From: Candidatus Wirthbacteria bacterium
Lineage (GTDB): Bacteria; Patescibacteriota; CG2-30-54-11
NCBI GenBank assembly: GCA_903889905.1
Contig: CAISZI010000040.1
Location: 128,148 to 192,147, forward strand
Reading direction: 5' to 3'
DNA length: 64,000 bases
A program made the position numbers and the translations under genes. A model generated the notes under the pieces. The model did not search any database. It was given only the letters and a program-made list of their open reading frames with translations, and had not been told where the DNA came from. This document shows, piece by piece, positions 36,130 to 46,212 of the stretch (position 1 is the stretch's first letter; each line of letters begins with the position of its first letter).

Positions 36130-39100
36130 TTATTTAAGTTGAGCAAAATATTCTTCGACCATCCCTGTCGCGAGCTTAATCATGTCGAATCCACGGCCTT
36201 GACCGGCGGACAGCGTAACCGTGAACGCAATCTGGCGGCCATTTTTGTCTTCAGCAAAACCGGAAAAAATCTGGTTGTTGGAATTATTGCCTGTTTCGGC
36301 CGTACTCGTCTTGCCATAGAATTTGATCCCGGTTCTGGACTCCACACCAATAAAGGGAGCGCTAATCACCCCATCCGTGACATCAGTACGCAGCGCCTGC
36401 CTCATCCCTGCAACTTGCTCAGAGGACAAAGGTAATTGACCAGATTTTTCGGATGAAGCACCCTTGACGGTTGTTGGGACAACTTCCTGACCGTGATTGG
36501 CGACCGCCGCCATCAGGCGAGTGATTTCCATCGCCGAAAGCGAAATAGGTCCCTGGCCCATGCCCATAAATCCAGCGTCCGTGATCCCAAATTGCGTCTT
36601 GGCTTCACTGGCCCAGGCTGGATCGCCCACAGTACCATGTGACGATGGAATGCCATGCACCGCACTATCTACGCCAATACCGATAGAATGAGCAAAACGC
36701 GCGACAGCATCCAATCCCTGACTCTCAGCAATCCGTTCGCCCAGTTGATAAAAATAGACGTTGTGGGAAACGGCCAGCGCTTCGGCACCGGTGATCGGTT
36801 TGTTTACACCTTGGGACGTCGGTAGTATATGAAAGCCACCCATACCGTCGGGAATCTGCAGGATATTAGGCGTGTCTTGCGGTATATTGGTATCAATGCC
36901 ATAATGCGCGGCCGCAGCCAGAGTCAACACTTTCGCCACTGAACCCGGTGTCATGATGTCAGTGAACGCATGGCTGGTAGAATTTTCCTGGCCCTTTTCA
37001 TCCAGACTAAAAGCACTTAGCACTGCCCCGGTTTCCGGATTCATCATAATGGCGGTGAGGCCCTTACCGCCGTTGGCCGTGACAAAAGGTTTGGCCAGTT
37101 CGATATTGTGCTGATTCAATGTCGGGTCAATCGTCGTATTCTCGGCCAAAAACTGGGTGCGCTGTTCGGGAGTCAGGACTTCGGTGTTGTTGAAGAAGTT
37201 TTCTACCTGTGCGTCGCGACTGCTACTCTGATAATCATGAAATCCGGCAGGTAAATCAAATTGGCCATTCACCGCAGCCATGTAACGGCCGAATTTTCCG
37301 GCCATGGCGGTAAATTGCTCCCAGGTAACCATGACGTCGTGCGCTTTGCCGCCATCCGTGTGCGAAGGATCGGAATACACGACGAAGGTACGGCTCTCGC
37401 CATTCGTGCCCGGTTCACTGAAAATTGCCTCGACAGTGACCGTTACTTCGCTTTTCACCGCTCGTTCCAAGACCACATGGTCATGGGTGCCAACATTGCG
37501 GATCGTTGCATCTTCGCCACTGGCGGGATTGGAGAGCCACACCATCGGTTTGGCGCCATAGGTCAAACGTTCTTGCAAAACACTTAAGAAGTCAGCAATG
37601 TTGGAGGTTTCGATTGGCGTCACGTCCAAGCCAGCTTTGCTGGCAAGTGCTTCCAGGCCACGCGGGTATATGCCCACATCAGTTCTGGTCAGACCAGTTG
37701 AAGCTGAATCCAACGCCTTGGCCCAACCGAGGTTGGGGTCGATAATTGTGTAATCATCCCGTTGCGAAGCCAATTCGAAGGCCATTTGCGACATTTTGGT
37801 CGCCATCCCGTTATTCGTGAATTTCCCTTCCATGCGCAGGCTGTTCTGCCAGGCTGCCAATTGACTATCGGCCGCATCCTTTGCCTGCAACAATTCCACT
37901 GTGCTCGATCGTGGCAAAGGAACAATAGCCTCACGCTCTGTTCCTGCCTGCTGCATGACGCGTCCGAGATAGTTCCAACGCACGCCCTGTGCTTGGGAAG
38001 GATCCGGAATCAACTCATAAACATTCTGCTGTGAGTCAATCCACAAATCATCCCGGGAAATATTGTTATTATCATGACCCAAAATCTGGGTATTCAATTT
38101 GTCATACAATCGGACCGTGACACCACTATCGTCGATAATCATTTGTTCCACCGGCTTCAAATGCCCGGCAGTATCCAGTTCCTTGAGACCACCTTTGGGG
38201 GAGTAAACCAGCTGACCGCCGTTACGAGTTTGAACAACAACAGAATTGCCGTCTTTGTCCGTTGTACGAACGACATCGTACTGATCGGTGATCTGAGCAA
38301 ACGGAATAGCCCTGTCCACGGCAATTTCACCTGCCGTAGCGGTTTTGTTTGCATCGACTGTTAATATGCGGGGGGCGGTTGCCGTCGTCGACTGCTCTGC
38401 ATCAACGATATGACTGCGCCAAAGTTGCTGGTCATAATAAGCTTGCATCAAATCGGTGCTATGAGGACCAAACACCTGCTCGCGTTGAAGCGCCTCGATA
38501 AAATTTTCACCCGGGCGGCTAACAATCAGAGCAGGATCCTTGACGGGTACCGGCAGGCTACCGCTTGCAACCATGGATTCGATCAACGGCAGTGTTTCCT
38601 CACGTCCGGGAAGCAACATGCGGTTGATCTCCACCCTAGCCCGCGCGATCTCGGCATCTGAGACCATCTGGTTGTTGTTCATCAAATCCAGGCCATCATT
38701 GGCACGGCGCAACAACGCATTCACATTGTCCAGACTGGCGGCATTGTAGCGGCTTGGCATCTGAACCATGCCGGCGAGTAACACTGATTCGGCCAGATTC
38801 AAACTACCAGGATCTTTGCCAAACCATTTATTTGCAGCGGCACCAATACCTTCCACACCGCCGAAATTGCCCAAATTTTCATAGGCTGTCAAAATTTCCC
38901 GAGGACTCAGATTCATCGACAGGAATTGTGCGCGCACAAGATCTCCAATTTTGCGTTCCAGGGTTTTGCTGGCGTCAATGCTGAGCAGTTCGCGGGAAGT
39001 CTGTGTCGTGATGTTGCTGCCACCAGTCATGACTTTGCCGGTATCGGCCAGGTCACGCACAGCACGCATCGGACCCAAAGTGTCAACACCACCACCAAGT

Positions 39101-42100
39101 GCAGCAAAGCGTTTATCTTCAAAGGCCATGGTGGCCATTTGCAGATAGGGAGAAATATTTTCCAGCGGCACGGCGTTGGTCAACACGGTGTCAAATTGGT
39201 GAGTAGAACCACCGCTTGGAATTTGCAGGTTATCAATGGCTTTTTCCACTATGGAACCCATAAGTTTGAACAGCATTCCTTCATAACCCACCAATGATTC
39301 ACTTTGATGTCCTGCATTGGCCACAACGTTGGGTTTGCTGCTGGCGGACGATTCACTGGCGATTAGCTGTTCGCCCTGGTTTTTGAATTCTATCGCTGTC
39401 GCGCGGATGTCCTGCAGTTGCAAAACAAGGTCACGCAACACGGGATCCAAAATGCTGTTTAATATGTCTGCCACATTTTCCACATTGGGCAAATCGGCCT
39501 TGACTTGACGCAGCATGCCTTGCCAGAATTTCTCGTTGAGTAAGTCGGTAATATTAAAATCCATGCCCGGTTTCTCCAGTGTCCTGCCGCCAACATCCAC
39601 CCCAATCAGACCGTATTTGGCCAGCATTTCCTTTTGTCCCAGTTCCACGACACCATTGGACCTCAGCACGAAAACCCGACCATCGTCATCGGTATAAATT
39701 GGCATGCGATCAAACCAGTCAACACTGATCTTGCCATCGGCCTTGACCAGGTGCAGCCCGCGCTCTTGCATAAATTGAGCACGTGTTTCCACAGCTGCCG
39801 TACCCAAGGGCTGAATGGTTTTACCATCCAGAAAGTATGACAACCTGTCTTGACCGACAAATACCAGTTTGCCGCCATTTTTGGTCACCATGGGTTCGTT
39901 ACCGGTATGTGAAAGTGAATACGGGTTACCATCACTATCACGAAAACCTGCTTCGTCGCCAGCCCCATCAAGTCTTGAACCATCAACAACCCTGGCCAGT
40001 TGGTCCGCGACTTTTTCCAGTGAAGTTATTTTTTCATAGGCCCGATATTGGTCCACATTCAACTGATGCAAGAAACCTTTATCGGCAAACAGACGATGAC
40101 TCCCGTCAAAATCCACCCGCGTCGCCGGATCTGAGCGCAGGCTTTTGGCCATCTGCTCGTCCCAGGTCCGGGCCGTAAATCCCGAAGCTGTCAGTGTCAT
40201 TATTTCAGCAATGCGGCTGCCATCGGTGTGCACATATACAGGCAGCCCTCGGCCATCCGTGTAGGGTACCTCGTTGGCATCGACAGCAACAGCCCAGCCA
40301 CTGGCGGTAACGTAATCAGTATCCGACATCAGTTGGCTGCTTACGGGGACGAATTTTCCGTGCTCCACTACATAAGTCCCACCGTACGCTTGTTCGTATA
40401 CAATATGGCCTTTGGCATCTACCATCGGCCGGCCACCTTCCTGATGAACAGTATAGGCTTGCTGATTTGCGTCCAGCACAAAATTTCGATCGCTGGATAA
40501 TGTCAGTCCTTGATTGCCGGCGACCAAATCCGCCATCAGGTCATTTTCAATAATACCGAGGCTGTCCTGCTGTCCGACTACCGCCCGTTCCGCTACGGAA
40601 GCGATATAACCCTGCACTTCCAGCAATTGTTTCCCGTCTTTGGAGAGCACAAAAGCGTGTTTGGAAACCGGATCGATATAGGCATGTCCGCTTTCCGTAC
40701 CATTGGCCGTAGCCACTGGGAGTAGTCCTGATTGACGCATTTGCCAGGAATATTGCAAAGTACCAATATCAAACAACTTGTCAGGTCCAAGCGCACGCTC
40801 AACGGAAGTATCAAGTTGGACAACCGTGGCGACCTGGTTTAAATCCGGTTTGTCGGAATTTAATAGATATTTTCCGTTTTCATCACGATAGAGAACCCCG
40901 CCATTGGACTGCGGATCAATCCCTTTGGGAAGCAGGGTGTCGAGCGTAAGACTGGAACCTGAGTCGAGGAGAGCTTGATTGACCGCAATTCTAACCTCAG
41001 GGGATTGCAACGAGGTGAGATCCAACCCGATACCACGCACTCCCGGAACCATTTCCCGGGAACGTAGATAAGGAGCCAACGCCTTGAATCCATTTTGAGT
41101 GGCGACAGCATTCAGGTCAATTTCGTTGCCGGAACTGACAATGGCAAAATCAAAATAAACAATACCGTCCCGTGTCAGTTGCTGCGGCGAAACTCCCAGG
41201 GTTTGAAACAGTTCAAACAAACTGACATCTTTTTCCAGCGCACCGCTATCTTGATTACCTGACTGCATTAATTGCACCAGACGTTCCGCAGCCTGCGGCC
41301 GGGTATTGAGATGGCTGGCATCCACACCCAGATATTCCGCCACTTTTGTCAACCGGTTCCAGGTCGTATTCAAGGCACCTCGCGCGACACCGCCGGAATT
41401 GCTCGAATCGAGCAACACCTGTGCATTGATCTCGCCATTCGCATCCGGATCAATCCGCACATGGTTGATCCAGGCTCCTTGGTTCAAAACTACGTCATCC
41501 AGTTTGGATACCACGGAACTTAAGCGACTTTCAGTTTGTTTAATCAAATCAGCCGGCAGTTGATTCCCTTCGACCAGGATTTTATTGATCTGGATTCCTT
41601 CCTGGTTTTCTGTCCCCCGCAAAGCCTTGCCGAGTCTGTCCAGGGCGTCGCTTTGTGCGGGCAAAAAATTGTCAGCGGCTGCCTTGGCACGGACCATTTC
41701 CACCACGATTTCGTTGCGGCTGCCGCGTTCCCCAGACCAGTGGGTGTCAAGTGGTCGTGCCGTGGCAATTGTACCGTCCGGATAAATATAGAAATTGGCC
41801 AGTTCCTCGTCCTGTCGCCCAGCCTGGGCAAGGACAAAATTCTGCTTGCCCTCGGCAGACCCGAGATCGGCTTTGGTTGCTGTGGCGGTACGGACCGTCA
41901 ACTCGTGCGGCAATTGCAACATATCGTGCGTAACGGTATGGTCAATTCCCGGTAAGCGTGCAACCGCTGCCTGCGTGGCGTCTGTCATATCGATAAACTT
42001 ACCCAGATTGTGTTCACCCAGCATCAGTAAAGTAGCCTGCTCTGCAGTCCCGTAGTATTTGATGGCGCTGCCTGCGACACCATCACGCAGTGTTACGGCC

Positions 42101-45100
42101 ACTGTTCCGTCCTGGTAAACCCCGTCAAAAGTCGAAGCGCTGAAGTCACTGATTCGGGCATCGCTGCGCACCAAGCCGGAATTGATTAATTGCTGGTTCA
42201 AGCCGTCGCCTTGGGTATGCGGCGATACCAACAGTCGTTGCAGATAAGTCTGCTGGTTAGCGGCGTCGGCAAAACGATCGACGAGATCCGTACGACGGAT
42301 GGTTTGAACCCGTGTGGCAATATCGGTCGTTTCCTGCAACCGCAGAACGTCTTTACTGTCCAGCAAAAATATTTTTTGTCCCGTCTGCACTATGTCCCAT
42401 ACCGGATTGCCTTTTTGGTCGACAATCAGCGGATTGCCGTTCTGGCGCTCAGTATCCAGGCGGTTGACAAAATCATTGTAGGATCTCGCTACATCCGGAT
42501 GTGACTGGTAGAAATCCGTGAGCAGCGCCGAAAGGCTGGCCTTGTCGGTAGAGATTTCCCCAAGCCCTACGGCATTTTTGGGCAAAACTGACGTTTCAAC
42601 CGTTGGTTGATCCACGGTTTTGGTGTCGTTGGATTTGGTGTCAACGGGAGCAATGGTGTCGTTTGCCTGGGACAACAGGTGCGGAATTCCGTCGATTTGT
42701 GCTGTTTTGTGGATGATATAGAGCCATTGATCCGGCCGGATCAATGCATAACGCTCAGGCGAAATGACCTTATCGTTTTCGTCACGTATTTCGATTGAAT
42801 CGTCCACGCCGATTCCAAATGTTTTCTGAACAATGCCACTCACCGTGTCGCCGCTCTCTACACCAACCCTGACTTCCCCAATCCGATCCCCATGGTTGAT
42901 AAAATTCATAGATTCTGTCAGATTAAAATCACCCTCCACCTGTCCCTGGTCGATGCCATTTTTGACAAGCACTTTCTGCAACCGATCCAGGCTTGCAGGA
43001 TCATCAAAATTGATTCCCAGTTCATCCTTCATAAATTTCACCAGCTGACTTTCTTCCACCTTGTCCGTGATTTCACTGATCTGCCCATCGGCCAGCGCAT
43101 GCAGTCGTTCGAGCTTGGTGGCCACGGATTCCTGATGGCCGTCGGCGTCTTTGGCCAGGGTGAAACGGATGTGAAGCGTTTTTCCATCCTGAATACTGCC
43201 GGTATCCACGTTTGTGTTGGGCGGCACTTCATTCGCAGGTTCGACTTGAGGATGTACTTCTTTCGCAGTGGAGTTGGTCACGACAGGCTTAGCCGACTCC
43301 GTTGTGGACAAACGGTTTAATTCTCCTGCTGAGAGCCATTGATTGTCGGTGTAATAAAACATGTTGGCGCCGACACTGCGTACGAGTTGGCCATTCACTT
43401 CATAATACAGGTATTTGTCACCAGTTTTTTCATCTTTCAATTCCACACTGAGTGGTGCTTCCTTGTGCCCTCGGCCCAACGCAGTCAGGACGTCATTTTC
43501 CACCTGGTCAACGGCGTGTAATGGGTCCGTGTCGCGGTTAAAGGCGCCCCGATTAAACAATTCCACCACGTCATCGACAGTTTTGGCTCTACCGAGCTCT
43601 CCGATCACAAATTTTTGCATCACTTTGCTGCCCACGGATTTCGCGCCATCCGCAGCAAAGGCCAGCGTGATACCGGATTCAATTGCGGTTAGAAATTTCC
43701 ACAAACCGGAAGTTTTGACCTCCGTGCCCTGCGTCAGTTCCTTAAGCATGCCCATTAGTCGCATCAGGGTGAGATCCCCGACCAGCACGGTATTGATAGG
43801 CCCGAGATTGAAACCCATTTTTTCCAGCAACAAAAACGTGGGCGCAGCCACCGCGGCCGTCATAACCATGCCGGCTTTTTCAAGACCATGCTTGGTATCT
43901 TTGAGTTCATGCATAAATTCCTGCACTGAACCCACGGATCCACCGATCATTTTGGTGGTACGGAATATGGACCAGATTTCGCTCGGATTCAGTTCCAGCA
44001 CATTGATCGGTAAGCCCGCAAGCAGATTGGGCAATAGTAACATATTGCTGAACATGGCGGCGAAATCAGTAACCATGAGTCGTGCGGTTTCGTCGGTAAT
44101 CTTGTCACTAACTTTGACGCTTTCACCCGTGAGCTGGTCTTTCATCAATTTCCCCACTGCCTTGTCCAGCAATTCCCGTCCGCCATGTTCCCAGACATGT
44201 CCCGTGATCTTGTTGGCGCCCGTGACATGCAGCAGTTCAAAGGCTGCAGTGCCCAGAATTGCCTTGTATGCGGTTTCCAATACACTTACGCCTTCACCGC
44301 CATAGAACAGTGCTTTTTCCACCGCATCGCGCAGCGATCTACTCGCCCGTAAGTTTTCATCGCTATCACCATCCTTCGCCTGCTTGCGACCGCGCTCAGC
44401 CGCCCGTTGCTCGACGCGCTGGAGGCGCTGCGCCCGACGTTCCAGATTGCGATCCAGCACAGCGTTCACAGTTTTACCCATCGAAGTTTCGTGCAGGAAA
44501 TAGTCAACCGTACCGAGATTTTTCTGTTTCTGCCCACTCTTGAAAGAGGATAAATCTCGACGCAACTTGGCCAGAGAATTGACATAGTACACATAACCAT
44601 CAACCACAAAATTCTTTTCCTGATCTTTCGTAAACCGAATGGGTTTCAATTTAAAACTGTGTTCATCCGTCTCGTCCACTTCCACAACCTCAAAATTGTC
44701 TTCCCCCAGTCCCAATTCTTGCATCTCGCGGAAAAAGCCAGTTTCTTTTAACAAATGCCTGATTTCCTTGTGCAGATGCTTGTTTTCTTTGGCCTGTTCT
44801 GCCACACGTTTGGCGTAGGATTTACCCAACACCTCAACCGAATTCTTCAATACCAAGCTGCCATCCTGGCGATTCACCTGAAAGTGAATTTCCGTTTTTC
44901 CCTTGGGTGTAGTGACCTGATTTAGCTTGACGGTTTCCGTTCCCGGATCAAAATGACCTAATTTAGCCAATTGTTTTTCCACTTCCGCCTGCAATCTCGA
45001 ATTTGACGTGGGAACCACTTCATTTTCGGACGCGGTGGCCTGCGGATCAGACAGACGTGGCACTGCTGACGCTACCGACGACTTAATCGGACTGGAACTT

Positions 45101-45492
45101 ACTTTCGGGTCTTCGCCGATTAGACGTGCTGCTGGTAAACCATTGTTGCCGTCTGTCGCTCTTTGACCGGTGCGCTGGGTCCGCTTTTGTCTGCGGCTGT
45201 CTTGCTCATCCGCTTGGACTTTTTCCAAAGCGGTACCCTTGATCATGTCGGCAAAGTAATCAAGTGAATGAGAATCAACAACCGTTTTGCCACGACTATT
45301 GCAAATTATAAAGCTGGCTCCATCACTCGGCTGCGCGTCAGTCCCCCAGTCTTGAAACACGACAGAACTACCCTTGGGACAACGACCGCCTTTTTGATAA
45401 ACCGCCAGAATCCGGGCAGCCAGTATTTGCTGGTAATCACCCAGCACCTCTTGCTCAGCAGGCAAAACAGAATCTCTGGATATCTCAGACAT
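36130..45492 (-). CDS. Giant (about 3,120 aa) class-A penicillin-binding-protein-like protein: N-terminal region of about 2,100 aa of unknown function, then a GT51 transglycosylase, a roughly 500-aa insert and a transpeptidase
   Basis: Single uninterrupted ORF. GT51 motifs at about 38650-39180 (MAFEDKRFAALGGGVD, GGSNITTQ, RKIGDLVRAQ). Transpeptidase at about 36133-37250 (TPGSVAK = SxxK; SHN = SxN; GKTSTA = K(T/S)G-like). Hydrophobic TM-like segments at about residues 540-680. GGAG lies 7 nt before the ATG at 45492; the longer alternative starts at 45525. Confidence 0.75.
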   Translation of the reverse strand: MSEISRDSVLPAEQEVLGDYQQILAARILAVYQKGGRCPKGSSVVFQDWGTDAQPSDGASFIICNSRGKTVVDSHSLDYFADMIKGTALEKVQADEQDSRRQKRTQRTGQRATDGNNGLPAARLIGEDPKVSSSPIKSSVASAVPRLSDPQATASENEVVPTSNSRLQAEVEKQLAKLGHFDPGTETVKLNQVTTPKGKTEIHFQVNRQDGSLVLKNSVEVLGKSYAKRVAEQAKENKHLHKEIRHLLKETGFFREMQELGLGEDNFEVVEVDETDEHSFKLKPIRFTKDQEKNFVVDGYVYYVNSLAKLRRDLSSFKSGQKQKNLGTVDYFLHETSMGKTVNAVLDRNLERRAQRLQRVEQRAAERGRKQAKDGDSDENLRASRSLRDAVEKALFYGGEGVSVLETAYKAILGTAAFELLHVTGANKITGHVWEHGGRELLDKAVGKLMKDQLTGESVKVSDKITDETARLMVTDFAAMFSNMLLLPNLLAGLPINVLELNPSEIWSIFRTTKMIGGSVGSVQEFMHELKDTKHGLEKAGMVMTAAVAAPTFLLLEKMGFNLGPINTVLVGDLTLMRLMGMLKELTQGTEVKTSGLWKFLTAIESGITLAFAADGAKSVGSKVMQKFVIGELGRAKTVDDVVELFNRGAFNRDTDPLHAVDQVENDVLTALGRGHKEAPLSVELKDEKTGDKYLYYEVNGQLVRSVGANMFYYTDNQWLSAGELNRLSTTESAKPVVTNSTAKEVHPQVEPANEVPPNTNVDTGSIQDGKTLHIRFTLAKDADGHQESVATKLERLHALADGQISEITDKVEESQLVKFMKDELGINFDDPASLDRLQKVLVKNGIDQGQVEGDFNLTESMNFINHGDRIGEVRVGVESGDTVSGIVQKTFGIGVDDSIEIRDENDKVISPERYALIRPDQWLYIIHKTAQIDGIPHLLSQANDTIAPVDTKSNDTKTVDQPTVETSVLPKNAVGLGEISTDKASLSALLTDFYQSHPDVARSYNDFVNRLDTERQNGNPLIVDQKGNPVWDIVQTGQKIFLLDSKDVLRLQETTDIATRVQTIRRTDLVDRFADAANQQTYLQRLLVSPHTQGDGLNQQLINSGLVRSDARISDFSASTFDGVYQDGTVAVTLRDGVAGSAIKYYGTAEQATLLMLGEHNLGKFIDMTDATQAAVARLPGIDHTVTHDMLQLPHELTVRTATATKADLGSAEGKQNFVLAQAGRQDEELANFYIYPDGTIATARPLDTHWSGERGSRNEIVVEMVRAKAAADNFLPAQSDALDRLGKALRGTENQEGIQINKILVEGNQLPADLIKQTESRLSSVVSKLDDVVLNQGAWINHVRIDPDANGEINAQVLLDSSNSGGVARGALNTTWNRLTKVAEYLGVDASHLNTRPQAAERLVQLMQSGNQDSGALEKDVSLFELFQTLGVSPQQLTRDGIVYFDFAIVSSGNEIDLNAVATQNGFKALAPYLRSREMVPGVRGIGLDLTSLQSPEVRIAVNQALLDSGSSLTLDTLLPKGIDPQSNGGVLYRDENGKYLLNSDKPDLNQVATVVQLDTSVERALGPDKLFDIGTLQYSWQMRQSGLLPVATANGTESGHAYIDPVSKHAFVLSKDGKQLLEVQGYIASVAERAVVGQQDSLGIIENDLMADLVAGNQGLTLSSDRNFVLDANQQAYTVHQEGGRPMVDAKGHIVYEQAYGGTYVVEHGKFVPVSSQLMSDTDYVTASGWAVAVDANEVPYTDGRGLPVYVHTDGSRIAEIMTLTASGFTARTWDEQMAKSLRSDPATRVDFDGSHRLFADKGFLHQLNVDQYRAYEKITSLEKVADQLARVVDGSRLDGAGDEAGFRDSDGNPYSLSHTGNEPMVTKNGGKLVFVGQDRLSYFLDGKTIQPLGTAAVETRAQFMQERGLHLVKADGKISVDWFDRMPIYTDDDGRVFVLRSNGVVELGQKEMLAKYGLIGVDVGGRTLEKPGMDFNITDLLNEKFWQGMLRQVKADLPNVENVADILNSILDPVLRDLVLQLQDIRATAIEFKNQGEQLIASESSASSKPNVVANAGHQSESLVGYEGMLFKLMGSIVEKAIDNLQIPSGGSTHQFDTVLTNAVPLENISPYLQMATMAFEDKRFAALGGGVDTLGPMRAVRDLADTGKVMTGGSNITTQTSRELLSIDASKTLERKIGDLVRAQFLSMNLSPREILTAYENLGNFGGVEGIGAAANKWFGKDPGSLNLAESVLLAGMVQMPSRYNAASLDNVNALLRRANDGLDLMNNNQMVSDAEIARARVEINRMLLPGREETLPLIESMVASGSLPVPVKDPALIVSRPGENFIEALQREQVFGPHSTDLMQAYYDQQLWRSHIVDAEQSTTATAPRILTVDANKTATAGEIAVDRAIPFAQITDQYDVVRTTDKDGNSVVVQTRNGGQLVYSPKGGLKELDTAGHLKPVEQMIIDDSGVTVRLYDKLNTQILGHDNNNISRDDLWIDSQQNVYELIPDPSQAQGVRWNYLGRVMQQAGTEREAIVPLPRSSTVELLQAKDAADSQLAAWQNSLRMEGKFTNNGMATKMSQMAFELASQRDDYTIIDPNLGWAKALDSASTGLTRTDVGIYPRGLEALASKAGLDVTPIETSNIADFLSVLQERLTYGAKPMVWLSNPASGEDATIRNVGTHDHVVLERAVKSEVTVTVEAIFSEPGTNGESRTFVVYSDPSHTDGGKAHDVMVTWEQFTAMAGKFGRYMAAVNGQFDLPAGFHDYQSSSRDAQVENFFNNTEVLTPEQRTQFLAENTTIDPTLNQHNIELAKPFVTANGGKGLTAIMMNPETGAVLSAFSLDEKGQENSTSHAFTDIMTPGSVAKVLTLAAAAHYGIDTNIPQDTPNILQIPDGMGGFHILPTSQGVNKPITGAEALAVSHNVYFYQLGERIAESQGLDAVARFAHSIGIGVDSAVHGIPSSHGTVGDPAWASEAKTQFGITDAGFMGMGQGPISLSAMEITRLMAAVANHGQEVVPTTVKGASSEKSGQLPLSSEQVAGMRQALRTDVTDGVISAPFIGVESRTGIKFYGKTSTAETGNNSNNQIFSGFAEDKNGRQIAFTVTLSAGQGRGFDMIKLATGMVEEYFAQLK

Positions 45493-45961
45493 GTTGCATC
45501 TCCGCCATTTGGGTGAAAGCTGCATGCACTCCCTGAACGTTGCCGGCCTTCAAATCATCGGCCAGTTGCGTACCAATACCAAGTTTTTCAATTTTCTGCA
45601 TATCCATAACCGTATTCAGAATGGTTTGTGAATATTCTTCAGCAATACGCGAACTCAAGGTCCTCAATGTTTTCTGCATGTCTTTTCCCGTTCTATCTTC
45701 AATCTCTCGGATCATTTGTGGTAATTCATGCTCAGCATCGCTCTCCATTCTAATCGCCCAGCGTTGTTGTTCAGGTGCACTGAATACCGGTTCAAATACC
45801 TCTTTCCAGAACGCCAGCAAAAGCAGCCAACGCATCGCTGGTTCCGCGGCCTTGGCAATTGCCTCAGCATGCAACGTTTCTGTCGCAGGAAATATATGGT
45901 TTGGCTTGTGTATACTTTTGTCCATCGCTATTTCTGATAAAAAACAAATATATCTGATCAT
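45485..45961 (-). CDS. Hypothetical protein upstream of, and overlapping, the giant PBP gene
   Basis: 158-aa ORF with an 8-bp overlap onto the giant gene start. An alternative start is at 45925 (MDKSIHK). Confidence 0.45.
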   Translation of the reverse strand: MIRYICFLSEIAMDKSIHKPNHIFPATETLHAEAIAKAAEPAMRWLLLLAFWKEVFEPVFSAPEQQRWAIRMESDAEHELPQMIREIEDRTGKDMQKTLRTLSSRIAEEYSQTILNTVMDMQKIEKLGIGTQLADDLKAGNVQGVHAAFTQMAEMQHV

Positions 45962-46212
45962 TTTACCACAAAAAAAACATGTTCGTCTTGTTTATTGCTC
46001 TTACTCACAAGTGGAACATTTTCTTTTTTTGTATTATTGATAAGTATTATAGATAATTAATCAAATTAAGTCAATTATCATTATTAAAGCAACTTTAAGT
46101 CATAGTCATTTTCCTGTTTGCTGCCGTGGCCAGTCATAAAAGGATAACGTTGTCAAAAGCCGGCTTCTAGGCTATAATACAAGGATTTATTTACTCCAAA
46201 ACAAAAAATAAA

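Noticed and set aside
43415-44305. 296-aa plus-strand ORF, and many 60-140-aa ORFs, inside the giant PBP gene
   Set aside because: They lie antisense within a 9.4-kb continuous ORF that has strong domain evidence. They are S/T/P-rich low-complexity translations typical of shadow frames.
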